A stretch of DNA of 64,000 nucleotides from Candidatus Methylomirabilia bacterium (GTDB lineage: Bacteria > Methylomirabilota > Methylomirabilia > Rokubacteriales > CSP1-6). The notes under the pieces are model-generated. The model ran no database searches. It worked only from the letters and a program-made list of their open reading frames with translations, and was not told the origin of the DNA. The stretch spans positions 58,495 to 122,494 of the forward strand of contig JBGQEL010000001.1 in assembly GCA_041496385.1 (NCBI GenBank), given 5' to 3'. Made by a program: the position numbers and the translations under genes. Below, in pieces: positions 55,021 to 64,000 of the stretch (positions are counted from its first letter, which is position 1; each line of letters starts with the position of its first letter).

Positions 55021-56060
55021 TCGTCCAGCTCCCCTCGCGCTGCGTTTGCGCGGTACGGCGGGAACCGGTAGGCCAGGTCGCGCGAGAGCAGGCCGCCGTG
55101 GCCGAGCTCCGCGATCGCGCGGTTGTCGATCCGCTCGCCCGCCAGGATTCGCGGCAGGACGAGATCGAACGTCGTCGCCTGCGAAAACATGCCGCAGGTC
55201 GGCATTCCGAGCACGGGCCGGCCTTCCCAGAAGGCGAGCCAGAGGAGACTGCCCGGGTGCGCGGGCGCGCCGTGGCGCTCCATGCGCGCGCCGAGCAGCG
55301 TGAGTCCGCCGAAGACGGGGTCGAGCGGGTCGAGCGCGCTCGCGCCGGCGACGATCAGCACCTCGGCGCCCGCCTGCGCCAGCGTGCCGAGCTCGTCGGC
55401 GACCATCCGGGCCGAGCCGGTGGCGTAGCGCACCGGCAGCAGCGCGCTGCCGAACCAGCCGAGTTTCTGCGTGAGCGCCGCCTCGAACCGGCTGCGCTGC
55501 TTGTCGTCCAGGCGCTGCTGCGCGACGGCGCCGACGGTCACCCGCCTGAAGCCCTCCACCGCGACGAGCCCGCTGGCGGCGCGGGCCGCCTGCTCGACGG
55601 CGGCGAGCGTCTCGCCCGGGACGACGAGCGGGGTGACCTTGCACTTGGCGACCGTTTCGCCCGACTCCACCGGCTGAAGGTCGAAGAGCGTGAAGACGGA
55701 GATGCCCTCGAGGACGTTCACGTCCTCGAGCGCGGGCCGGCGGATCCGGAGCACACCCCGGCGCGTCGCCACGAGCGTCCACTGGCCGGCTGTGTATCCC
55801 TTCACCGCCACGCCGTCGCCGACGACCGCCGCGGCGAGCCGTGCACCGGCCTCCTCCTCGTGGAGATCGCCGGGCTCGAGCGCGATGAGGTGGATCTCCT
55901 GCCACGGGGCCTCCAGCAGGCGCCGGGTCGCGTCGGTGTCGAGGCGCGCGCCCTTATCGACGACCACCTTCCCGGACCCGTCGCGGACGTCGTGGCAGAG
56001 CACCTTGCCCACGAGCATGTCGAGGCCGGCGGTCTCGCGGCGCTGCGCGATCGCCTTCAT
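55017..56060 (-). CDS. Molybdopterin-binding (MoeA-like) accessory protein
   Basis: GDLHEEEAG.RLA, GAPAHPGSLLW, VLGMPTC, LGHGGLL. Confidence 0.8.
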   Translation of the reverse strand: MKAIAQRRETAGLDMLVGKVLCHDVRDGSGKVVVDKGARLDTDATRRLLEAPWQEIHLIALEPGDLHEEEAGARLAAAVVGDGVAVKGYTAGQWTLVATRRGVLRIRRPALEDVNVLEGISVFTLFDLQPVESGETVAKCKVTPLVVPGETLAAVEQAARAASGLVAVEGFRRVTVGAVAQQRLDDKQRSRFEAALTQKLGWFGSALLPVRYATGSARMVADELGTLAQAGAEVLIVAGASALDPLDPVFGGLTLLGARMERHGAPAHPGSLLWLAFWEGRPVLGMPTCGMFSQATTFDLVLPRILAGERIDNRAIAELGHGGLLSRDLAYRFPPYRANAARGELDE

Positions 56061-57133
56061 TCGCGGGGCTTGAGGGAGAGCGGCTGGCCGGTCCCACCGC
56101 CGCGCACCGCCTGGATCTCGGCCAGGATCGCCAGCGCGATCTCCGGGGCCGAGCGCGCGCCGAGGTCGAGGCCGATCGGGACACGGATCCGCTTGATCGC
56201 CGCCTCGCTCACGCCCTCCTCGGCGAGGAACTTGAGGATCGTTCCGCCGCGCCGCCGTGAGCCCAGCATCCCGATGTAGCCGGTCTCGCGCTGCAGCGCC
56301 AGTCGCAGGACGGGCAGGTCGTACTTGTAGTCGTGCGCGACCAGGACGAGCGCCGTCGACGCGCCGAGCGGATACCCGGCGACGAGCTCGGACGGTATCC
56401 CGATGCGCAGCTCGTCCACCTCCGGGAACCGGTCCCGCGTCGCGAACCGCGGACGGCCGTCGAGCACGACGGTGCGGTAGCCGAGCGTACGCGCGAGCTG
56501 CGTCAGCGGCATCGCGACGTGCCCGGCGCCGACGACCAGCAGCAGCGCGGCCGGGGTGAGCACCTCGACGAACGCCCGCGTGCCCTCGAGGAAGAGCGTG
56601 CGCGAGGCGCCGGTGGCGAGCGCGGCCCGCGCCTCGCGCGCGAACCGCTCGTCGAGGAACGCATCGCCCAGGGTCCCGTCGACCTCTCCCGTGTCGAGCA
56701 CGAGCAGCTTGGCGCCCGGGCGGCCATCGAGCCGCGTCACGATCGCGCCGGCGTGGCCGGCGGCGGCGTGGGCGCGCGCGCGATCGTAGAGGCGGAGTGC
56801 CTCGTCGTCCTGGCGGTCGAAGGTAACGGGCTCGACGAACACCTCGATCGTGCCCCCGCACGTCAGACCGATTTCCCAGGCCTCCTCGTCCCCCAGGTCC
56901 ATCTCGATGAGCCGGGGACGCATCGTCTGGAGCACGTCCTCGGACTGCTCGATGACCTGCGCGTCGACGCAGCCGCCGATGGTCACGGAGCCCAGGACGG
57001 CGCCGCCCTCCCCGACGACCATCTTGGCGCCTTCCTTGCGGGGCGTCGTGCCGCGGGTGTTCACGAGCGTCGCGACCGCCACCTTGCGGGTCGAGCGTCG
57101 CAGCTCGTCGATGTGGTCGAAGAGTTCAGCCAT
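56057..57133 (-). CDS. XdhC/CoxI family Moco-maturation chaperone
   Basis: GTTPRKEGAKM, GGCVD, GLTCGG, GAGHVA, YIGMLGS, PIGLDLGA. Confidence 0.92.
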   Translation of the reverse strand: MAELFDHIDELRRSTRKVAVATLVNTRGTTPRKEGAKMVVGEGGAVLGSVTIGGCVDAQVIEQSEDVLQTMRPRLIEMDLGDEEAWEIGLTCGGTIEVFVEPVTFDRQDDEALRLYDRARAHAAAGHAGAIVTRLDGRPGAKLLVLDTGEVDGTLGDAFLDERFAREARAALATGASRTLFLEGTRAFVEVLTPAALLLVVGAGHVAMPLTQLARTLGYRTVVLDGRPRFATRDRFPEVDELRIGIPSELVAGYPLGASTALVLVAHDYKYDLPVLRLALQRETGYIGMLGSRRRGGTILKFLAEEGVSEAAIKRIRVPIGLDLGARSAPEIALAILAEIQAVRGGGTGQPLSLKPRE

Positions 57134-57176
57134 GGGGAACCCAATGATACGCTCCGGCGCGGGAAAACGAAAACGC

Positions 57177-58319
57177 CTACAGGCTCAGCTTGTTCGCGAG
57201 ATCACGAAGCGCGGCGAGGTTGTGGCCGGGGGCGAAATGGTCGACGAGCGGGAGCGCCGCCGCCATGCCGCGCGTCAGCGGCTCGTACGACGGGTTGCCC
57301 AGCAGCGGGTTCAGCCAGATGACGCGCCCGGCCCGGCGCTTGATCCGGAGAAGCTCCACCGCGAGCGTCTCGGGCTCGCCGGTGTCCCAGCCGTCGGAGA
57401 GGACGATCACGATCGTCCGCCGATCGACGACGTGGGGCCAGTCGCGGTTGAGCTGGGCGAGGGCCTCGCCGATCTTGGTGCCGCCCGACCAGTCGCGCAC
57501 CTCGGCGAGGCGCCGGAGCGCCTGACGATAGGAACGCCCGCGGAGCTGTTCGGTGATCCGGGTCAGCCGGGTCGAGAAGGTGAACGTCTCGACGCGCCCG
57601 AACACGTTCTGCAGCGCGAAGAGGAACTGCAGGAGGAAACGGCTGTAAAGGTCCATCGAGCCCGAGACGTCGCAGAGCAGGACGAGACGGACCTTCTTCC
57701 GCTTCCGCTCGCGGTAGCGCAGATCGATGAGGTCACCCTTCGTGAGATTCGCCCGCAGCGTCCGCCGGACGTCCACGCGCCCGCGGCGTCGCACGGGCCG
57801 CCGGCGTCGCGTGATGCGATGCGCGAGCCGTCGCGCGATCTTGAGGGTGAGTCGGAGGATCTCGTCGAGCTGGTCTCCGGTGAAGGTGGAGAAGTCCTGC
57901 CCCAGGAGCGCCTCGTTGTCGGAGGCCGCGGGCACGCTCAGGGGCTCCTCGCCCTCTCCGCTCTCCTCGTCACCCCAGGTCTCGAGCGCGAGGGACTCCC
58001 GCTTCTGCTCCGACCCCTTGCGCGTGGCGCCGCCCTCGCCCGTCTCGGCCGGCGGGATGTCGACGAGCCCGGGGATCCCCTCGGCCCCGGGCTCGGCCCG
58101 CCAGAACGCGTCGAAGTAACGGTCGAACGCCGGCGTCTCCTCCGGCCGGCCGACGAAGATCGCCTTGAGGCCCAGGTAGAGCTCCCCGCGGTCTCCGATG
58201 TCGAGGTGGTCCAGGGCGCGCACGGCGTCCGTGACGTGCACGAGGGTGAGGGGGAACCCGTTCTGCCGGAGCAGCGCGGCGAAGCGCGCGACCGCGCCCG
58301 ACAGCTCCCGCGCGCCCAC
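57177..58319 (-). CDS. coxE: CoxE-like VWA domain protein
   Basis: CDVSGSM MIDAS, WSGGTKIG, LSDGWDTG, WLNPLL. Confidence 0.9.
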   Translation of the reverse strand: MGARELSGAVARFAALLRQNGFPLTLVHVTDAVRALDHLDIGDRGELYLGLKAIFVGRPEETPAFDRYFDAFWRAEPGAEGIPGLVDIPPAETGEGGATRKGSEQKRESLALETWGDEESGEGEEPLSVPAASDNEALLGQDFSTFTGDQLDEILRLTLKIARRLAHRITRRRRPVRRRGRVDVRRTLRANLTKGDLIDLRYRERKRKKVRLVLLCDVSGSMDLYSRFLLQFLFALQNVFGRVETFTFSTRLTRITEQLRGRSYRQALRRLAEVRDWSGGTKIGEALAQLNRDWPHVVDRRTIVIVLSDGWDTGEPETLAVELLRIKRRAGRVIWLNPLLGNPSYEPLTRGMAAALPLVDHFAPGHNLAALRDLANKLSL

Positions 58320-58321
58320 CC

Positions 58322-59218
58322 TCAGCCCCGGGCGGCCAGGAACGGCGCGAGGCCCGCCTTGTCGACCTCGGCGCGGAACCGCTTGAGGTCGTCGGCGTCC
58401 TTCAGGATGCAGCCGAGCGTCTCGTTGACGACCTCGGCCTCGAGGTGGTCCGCGTGGAGCACGGCCAGCGCCTGCGCCCAGTCGAGCGTCTCGGCGACTC
58501 CCGGCACCTTGGACAGCCGCACCTGCCGCAGCGTCTCCATGAACCTGGCGACCTCGTGCGCGAGGCGCGCGTTGATCCCGGGGACCTTGCGCGCGACGAT
58601 CCGCGCTTCCTTGTCGAACGACGGGTAGTCGATCCAGAGATAGAGGCAGCGGCGCCGCAGGGCGTCCGACAGCTCGCGCGTCCGGTTGGACGTCAGGATC
58701 ACGTGCGGCGGGTGGGTCGCCTCGATCGTGCCGATCTCCGGGATCGTCACCTGCCACTCGGAGAAGATCTCGAGCATGAACGCCTCGAATTCCTCGTCCG
58801 CGCGGTCACACTCGTCCACGAGCAGCACCGGGGCCCGATCGCGTTGCGTGATCGCCTGCAGCAGGGGCCGGCGCAGCAGAAAGGGCTCGGAGAAGATCTC
58901 GTGCTCCTTTTCACCGAGCGGCCGGCTGCTGTGCGCGCCCTCTTCCAGCTTGATGTGCAGGAGCTGCTTCTGGTAGTTCCACTCGTAGAGCGCGGTGGAG
59001 GCGTCGAGCCCCTCGTAGCACTGGAGCCGGATCAGGTTGGTCTCGAGCATGCGCGCCATCACCTTGGCGACTTCCGTCTTGCCGACGCCCGCGGGCCCCT
59101 CGATGAGCAGCGGCTTCCGGAGGCGCATGGCCAGGTGCACCGACGTCGCGACCGGCGCATCGGTCACGTACTCCGCGGCTTCCATCAGCTCCTGGATCTT
59201 CCGGATCTCCTCACGCAT
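58322..59218 (-). CDS. coxD: CoxD-like MoxR AAA+ ATPase
   Basis: EGPAGVGKT, RLQCYEGLD, ALYEWNY, LSDALRRRC. Confidence 0.92.
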   Translation of the reverse strand: MREEIRKIQELMEAAEYVTDAPVATSVHLAMRLRKPLLIEGPAGVGKTEVAKVMARMLETNLIRLQCYEGLDASTALYEWNYQKQLLHIKLEEGAHSSRPLGEKEHEIFSEPFLLRRPLLQAITQRDRAPVLLVDECDRADEEFEAFMLEIFSEWQVTIPEIGTIEATHPPHVILTSNRTRELSDALRRRCLYLWIDYPSFDKEARIVARKVPGINARLAHEVARFMETLRQVRLSKVPGVAETLDWAQALAVLHADHLEAEVVNETLGCILKDADDLKRFRAEVDKAGLAPFLAARG

Positions 59219-59224
59219 GAATCG

Positions 59225-59800
59225 TCATTGTACATGAAGCCTCGCGAAGTCCTCGGGCGTGTCGACGTCGGGCGGCATCGGCAGATCGAAGTCCACCCTG
59301 CGCACGCGCTCGGGCCGCGCGCTCACGAGCGCGCGGGCGCCCGTGTCACCCGTGAGCGCGCGCAGCTCGGCGAACGTCTCCGAGGCGAACAGCACCGGCG
59401 TGCCCTGCGTGCCGCGGTAGACCGGGGCGACGATCGCCGCTCCGCCCGCCTCGAAGGCGGCGATGAGCGCGGGCACGACGACCTCGGGGATGCGCGGTTG
59501 ATCGCCCAGCGCCACGAGCGCGGCGCGGGTCCAGGGCTTGAGCGCGGCGGCGCCGACGGCGATCGAGCTCCCCTGCCCGGCCTGGGGGGTGGGGTTCACG
59601 GCGAAGCGGACGGCGAGCCCGGCGAGGGCGTCACGGAGCTGGCCGTCGTCCTGGCCCGTGACCACGACGACCTCGCCGACGTGTGGCGCGATTCGCTCGA
59701 CCGCCCAGCGGAGGACCGGCTTGCCCTGGAGCACCAGGAGCAGCTTCTGGCGCCCCATCCGCCGGGCCAGTCCCGCCGCGAGCACCAGGCCCGAGATCAC
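59225..59800 (-). CDS. mocA: Molybdenum cofactor cytidylyltransferase (MocA-like)
   Basis: LAAGLARRMG..KLL, LGDQP, GDTGAR, DVDTPED. Confidence 0.85.
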   Translation of the reverse strand: MISGLVLAAGLARRMGRQKLLLVLQGKPVLRWAVERIAPHVGEVVVVTGQDDGQLRDALAGLAVRFAVNPTPQAGQGSSIAVGAAALKPWTRAALVALGDQPRIPEVVVPALIAAFEAGGAAIVAPVYRGTQGTPVLFASETFAELRALTGDTGARALVSARPERVRRVDFDLPMPPDVDTPEDFARLHVQ

Positions 59801-59858
59801 GGCGCGCCCGGCTGCCGGCGAACGGCTCCCCGTCTCGGGGTCCTATTCAGCCCGTGGC

Positions 59859-60725
59859 CTAGCCGGCTCGCTTCACGGCTTCCGTGATCGCGCGCTTCGC
59901 GAAGACGCGGCAGAGGTGCGCCTTGTAGTCGACCGAGCCCTGCAGATCGGCCTGCACGTCCACGCCCTCCGCGGCCTTCTGCGCCGCGGCCTCGATCGTC
60001 GCGGCGTCGAGCTTCTTGCCGACGAGCCCCGCCTCGACCCCCTTGGCGCGCACCGCGCGGGTCCCGGCGCCGGTCAGGCCGACGCTCGCCTTGGTGCAGA
60101 CGCCCTGCTTGTCGAGCGTCACGGCCGCACAGACGCCGACGACGGCGAACCGCGAGGCCGGGTGCGGGAACTTCATGTAGGCCGCGCCGGATCCCGGGGG
60201 CAGCAACGGCACGCGGATCTGGACGAGGATCTCCTTGTCCTTCAGCGCCGTCGCCATGAGACCGAGGAACCACTGGTCGACGCCGACCTTCCGCTTGCCC
60301 TTGGCGCCCTCGCAGACCATCTCGGCCCCGAGCGCGATCATCGCCGCCGGCCAGTCGGCGGCCGGATCGGCGTGGGCGATCGAGCCCCCGACCGTGCCCT
60401 TGTTGCGCACCGCCGGGTCGCCGATCACGCCCGCGACCTCGGCGAGCACCGGGAGCTTCGACTTCACCGTGGACGACGACTCGATCTCCCAGTGGGTCGT
60501 CATCGCGCCGATGACGAGCGCCTTGCCGTCCGCCTTGACGCCGGCGAGCCCGGGCACCCGTCGCAGGTCGACGACGTGCTTGGGCTGGGCGAGCCGGAGC
60601 TTCATCATCGGGATGAGGCTGTGGCCGCCGGCCAGGAGCTTGGCGTCGTCCTTGTGCTTGCCGAGAAGCCCGAGCGCTTCCTTGACGTTCTTGGGCGCGT
60701 GGTACTCGAACGAGGCTGGATACAT
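59859..60725 (-). CDS. coxM: Molybdenum hydroxylase FAD subunit (CoxM-like)
   Basis: LAGGHSLIPMMKLR, VRNKGTVGGSIAHADP. Confidence 0.92.
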   Translation of the reverse strand: MYPASFEYHAPKNVKEALGLLGKHKDDAKLLAGGHSLIPMMKLRLAQPKHVVDLRRVPGLAGVKADGKALVIGAMTTHWEIESSSTVKSKLPVLAEVAGVIGDPAVRNKGTVGGSIAHADPAADWPAAMIALGAEMVCEGAKGKRKVGVDQWFLGLMATALKDKEILVQIRVPLLPPGSGAAYMKFPHPASRFAVVGVCAAVTLDKQGVCTKASVGLTGAGTRAVRAKGVEAGLVGKKLDAATIEAAAQKAAEGVDVQADLQGSVDYKAHLCRVFAKRAITEAVKRAG

Positions 60726-60734
60726 GCGCGTCTC

Positions 60735-63134
60735 CTATCGCTTGGCCTTGCTGGCCTGGATGGTCTTCCACACCCGTTCGGGCGTCAGCGGCATCGCCTC
60801 GATGTGGTCGACGCCGAGCGCCGCGAGGGCGTCGACGACCGCGTTGACCACCGCCGGCGTCGCGGCGATCGTGCCCGTTTCACCCGCGCCCTTGATGCCC
60901 AGGGGGTTCACCGGGGTCGGCGTCACCGTGCGGTCCGTCTCGTAGAACGGCAGCGAGTCGGCCTTCGGCAGCGCGTAGTCCATCATCGTGCCGGTCACGA
61001 GCTGACCCGAGGCGTCGTCGTACACCGCCCCCTCCCAGAGCGCCTGGCCGACGCCCTGGGCGATGCCGCCGTGCACCATGCCGTCGACGATCATGGGGTT
61101 GATGACGTTGCCGACGTCGTCGACGGCGAGGTAACGCAGGATCTTCACCTTCCCCGTGTCCGCCTCCACCTCGACGATGCAGGCGTGCGCGCCGAACGGG
61201 AAGCAGAAGTTCGACGGGTCGTAGAACGACGTCTCCTCGAGCCCCGGCTCGAGCCCCTCGGGATAGTTGTGCGGGATGTACGCGGTGAGCGCGACGGTGC
61301 CGAAGGGCACCGCCTTGCCGGGAGCGCCCCGGACCTGGAACTGGCCGTTCTGGTACTCGATGTCGGTGGCCGCCGCCTCGAGCAGGTGCGCGGCGATCTT
61401 CTTCGCCTTCTCCTTGACCTTGTTCACCGACATGAGGAGCGCGGTGCCACCGACCGAGGCGGACCGGCTGCCGTACGTGCCCATGCCGAACGGGATCAAG
61501 CCGGTGTCGCCGTGCACGACCTCGACCTGCTCCATCGGGATCTGCAGCTCACCGGCCACGAGCTGCGCGAAGGTGGTCTCGTGCCCCTGGCCGTGGGAGT
61601 GCGAGCCCGTGTACACGGTCACCATGCCGGTCGGGTGGACCCGGACCTTGCCCGACTCGTAGAGGCCGGCCCCCGCGCCCAGCGCGCCGACGAGCTTCGA
61701 GGGCGCGATCGAGCACGCCTCGATGTACGTCGAGAAGCCGATGCCGAGCAGGCGCCCTTGCTTGCGCGCCGCCTCCTGCTCCGCGCGGAACTTGCGGTAG
61801 TCGAGCATGTGGAGCAGCTTGTCGAACGCCGCCCCGTAGTCGCCGCTGTCGTAGACGACGGCCACGAGGGTCTGGTGCGCGCCCGAGAACTTCGGGATGA
61901 AGTTCTTCTTCCGGAGCTCGACGACGTCCATGCCGACCGCGCGGGCGCCCGCGTCCACCATCCGCTCGAGGACGTAGCACGCCTCGGGACGGCCGGCCCC
62001 ACGGTAGGCGTCGACCGCGGTCGTGTTCGTGAAGACGCCGGTCACCTCGCAGTGGATCGCGCCGATCGTGTAGACGCCGTTGAGGAGCGTGCCGTAGAGG
62101 AAGGTCGGGACCGCGGGCGCGAAGGTGGACAGGTAGGCGCCGAGGTTGGCCGTCGTCTTCACGCGCAGCCCCAAGATCTTTCCGTCCCGGCTGAGGGCGA
62201 GCTCCGCGTGCGTGACGTGGTCGCGGCCGTGGGCGTCGGTCAGGTACGCCTCGCTGCGGCTCGACGTCCAGCGGACCGGCCGCTTGAGCCGGCGCGACAG
62301 CCAGGAGCAGACGACCTCCTCGTTGTAGAGGAAGATCTTCGAGCCGAAGCCCCCGCCGACGTCGGGCGCGATGACACGCACCTTGTGCTCGGGGATACCG
62401 AGCACGAAGGCGCACATGAGGAGCCGGTGCACGTGCGGGTTCTGCGAGGTCACCCAGAGCGTGAGCTCGCCCGTCGCCTCGTCGTAGCGGGCCACGCAGG
62501 CCCGTGGCTCCATCGCGTTCGCGACGAGGCGCTGATTGACGATCCGCTTCTTGACGGTCACCGCCGCGCCCTTGAAGGCCGCGTCGGTCGCGACGCGGTC
62601 ACCGATCTCCCACTTGAAGGCGACGTTGCTCGGCGCGTCCGCATGGATAGCCGGCGCCCCTCCTTGCGTCGCCTTGTCGGTCGCGGTCACCGAGGGAAGC
62701 GGCTCCCAGTCCACCCGGACCTTCTCGGCCGCGTCGACAGCCGCCGCCTGGCTGTCCGCGATGACCACCGCCACCGGGTCACCCACGTGGCGCGCCGCGT
62801 CCGACGCGAGCGGCATGTGGGGAACGATCGCGAGGTCCTGCATGACCCCGGGTACGTTCTTCGCTTTGCGCAGGTCCCAGCCGCACGGCAGCGAGTTCAC
62901 GCCCACCATGTCCTTGCCGGTGAACACCGCGACGACGCCCGGCCGCTTCAGCGCGGCGCTCACGTCGATCTTCTTGATCCGCGCGTGGGCATGGGGACTC
63001 CTGACGAAGGCGGCGTAGGTCATGCCCGGGAGCCGCAGGTCGTCCACGTACGTGCCCCGCCCGGTGATGAAGCGCGGATCCTCGCGCCGCTTGACCGATT
63101 TCCCGAACAGCCGCTCCTGGGTGACCGTCGCCAT
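60735..63134 (-). CDS. coxL: Molybdenum hydroxylase large subunit, form II CoxL-like
   Basis: RREDPRFITG, VGGGFGSK, active-site AYRGAGR (form II), GQGHETT, KGAGE. Confidence 0.9.
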   Translation of the reverse strand: MATVTQERLFGKSVKRREDPRFITGRGTYVDDLRLPGMTYAAFVRSPHAHARIKKIDVSAALKRPGVVAVFTGKDMVGVNSLPCGWDLRKAKNVPGVMQDLAIVPHMPLASDAARHVGDPVAVVIADSQAAAVDAAEKVRVDWEPLPSVTATDKATQGGAPAIHADAPSNVAFKWEIGDRVATDAAFKGAAVTVKKRIVNQRLVANAMEPRACVARYDEATGELTLWVTSQNPHVHRLLMCAFVLGIPEHKVRVIAPDVGGGFGSKIFLYNEEVVCSWLSRRLKRPVRWTSSRSEAYLTDAHGRDHVTHAELALSRDGKILGLRVKTTANLGAYLSTFAPAVPTFLYGTLLNGVYTIGAIHCEVTGVFTNTTAVDAYRGAGRPEACYVLERMVDAGARAVGMDVVELRKKNFIPKFSGAHQTLVAVVYDSGDYGAAFDKLLHMLDYRKFRAEQEAARKQGRLLGIGFSTYIEACSIAPSKLVGALGAGAGLYESGKVRVHPTGMVTVYTGSHSHGQGHETTFAQLVAGELQIPMEQVEVVHGDTGLIPFGMGTYGSRSASVGGTALLMSVNKVKEKAKKIAAHLLEAAATDIEYQNGQFQVRGAPGKAVPFGTVALTAYIPHNYPEGLEPGLEETSFYDPSNFCFPFGAHACIVEVEADTGKVKILRYLAVDDVGNVINPMIVDGMVHGGIAQGVGQALWEGAVYDDASGQLVTGTMMDYALPKADSLPFYETDRTVTPTPVNPLGIKGAGETGTIAATPAVVNAVVDALAALGVDHIEAMPLTPERVWKTIQASKAKR

Positions 63135-63144
63135 GGTCTCCCCC

Positions 63145-63624
<480 letters not shown>

Positions 63625-63708
63625 GACTCTTCCTCCGGGATTCGGGCGGTTTCGGGGCAGGCCCCGATGGCTTGCGGTGTCAGAGACTAAGACTTCGCCA
63701 GCGACCTG

Positions 63709-64000
63709 TCAATCGTGTAGGAGTCGCCGGCCGTCCGCACGGGCCTGGTCGAGCACCTCGCGCACCGGCAGCGCCTTCTCTTGCGCGATACGCAGCACGT
63801 CCGCGAACTCCGGCGTGATCGTCACGATCCGGCCGCCGAGGCGCGAGACCTTGAACGGAATCGCGCCGTAGGCGGTCGTCAGCGTCACCATCTCGCGCTC
63901 GAGCCGGCTCCGCCGCCACTCCGACCAGCGGACGCCGATCGTGCTCGACTCCTCGAAGAGGACGCGCGAGACGGCGTCGAGGCGCACGTGGGGCGACAAC
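63709..64000 (-). CDS. larC: LarC nickel-pincer cofactor biosynthesis protein, 3' end
   Basis: LFEESSTIGVR....R..L.RE...LTTAYGAIPFK...PEFAD...IA....LP.REV. Confidence 0.8.
   Translation of the reverse strand, partial: LSPHVRLDAVSRVLFEESSTIGVRWSEWRRSRLEREMVTLTTAYGAIPFKVSRLGGRIVTITPEFADVLRIAQEKALPVREVLDQARADGRRLLHD

Noticed and set aside
60735..63134. Bona fide (form I) aerobic CO dehydrogenase
   Set aside because: AYRGAGR motif and SLM order indicate form II; CO oxidation cannot be inferred

Overview
GC-rich bacterial chromosome segment. Gene style suggests Ca. Rokubacteria/Methylomirabilota, but this is an impression, not a test. (1) Left host flank (1-17 kb): secA (partial), recN, NAD kinase, tlyA, rhomboid and an M16 peptidase pair. 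Divergent from these are a secreted protein with 28 tandem (G/GK)QD(V/I)QAPR repeats and a trypsin-like protease-rhodanese fusion that appears to be a UGA-recoded selenoprotein. Then come a lyase, HIT protein, a 42-aa LIM-like zinc finger, two amidohydrolases and an ArnT-like glycosyltransferase. (2) A ~33.2-kb prophage (17084-50291) integrated at the 3' end of tRNA-Ala(CGC), bounded by a 21-bp direct repeat, with a tyrosine integrase. I see no terminase, portal, HK97 capsid, tail or canonical packaging ATPase. It instead encodes several predicted jelly-roll proteins, membrane-anchored and signal-peptide-bearing virion proteins, a transglutaminase-like protease, a truncated RadA/Sms and lysis enzymes, plus an oriC-like DnaA-box/trio cluster and several structured RNA candidates. 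It is best read as a tailless, probably lipid-containing temperate virus (inference). (3) Right host flank (50.4-64 kb): SPFH-NfeD, agmatinase, SufS/SufU-like genes and a form II coxSLM molybdenum hydroxylase cluster with accessory genes, ending in the 3' part of larC. All protein calls come from motif recognition by eye; no searches were run.
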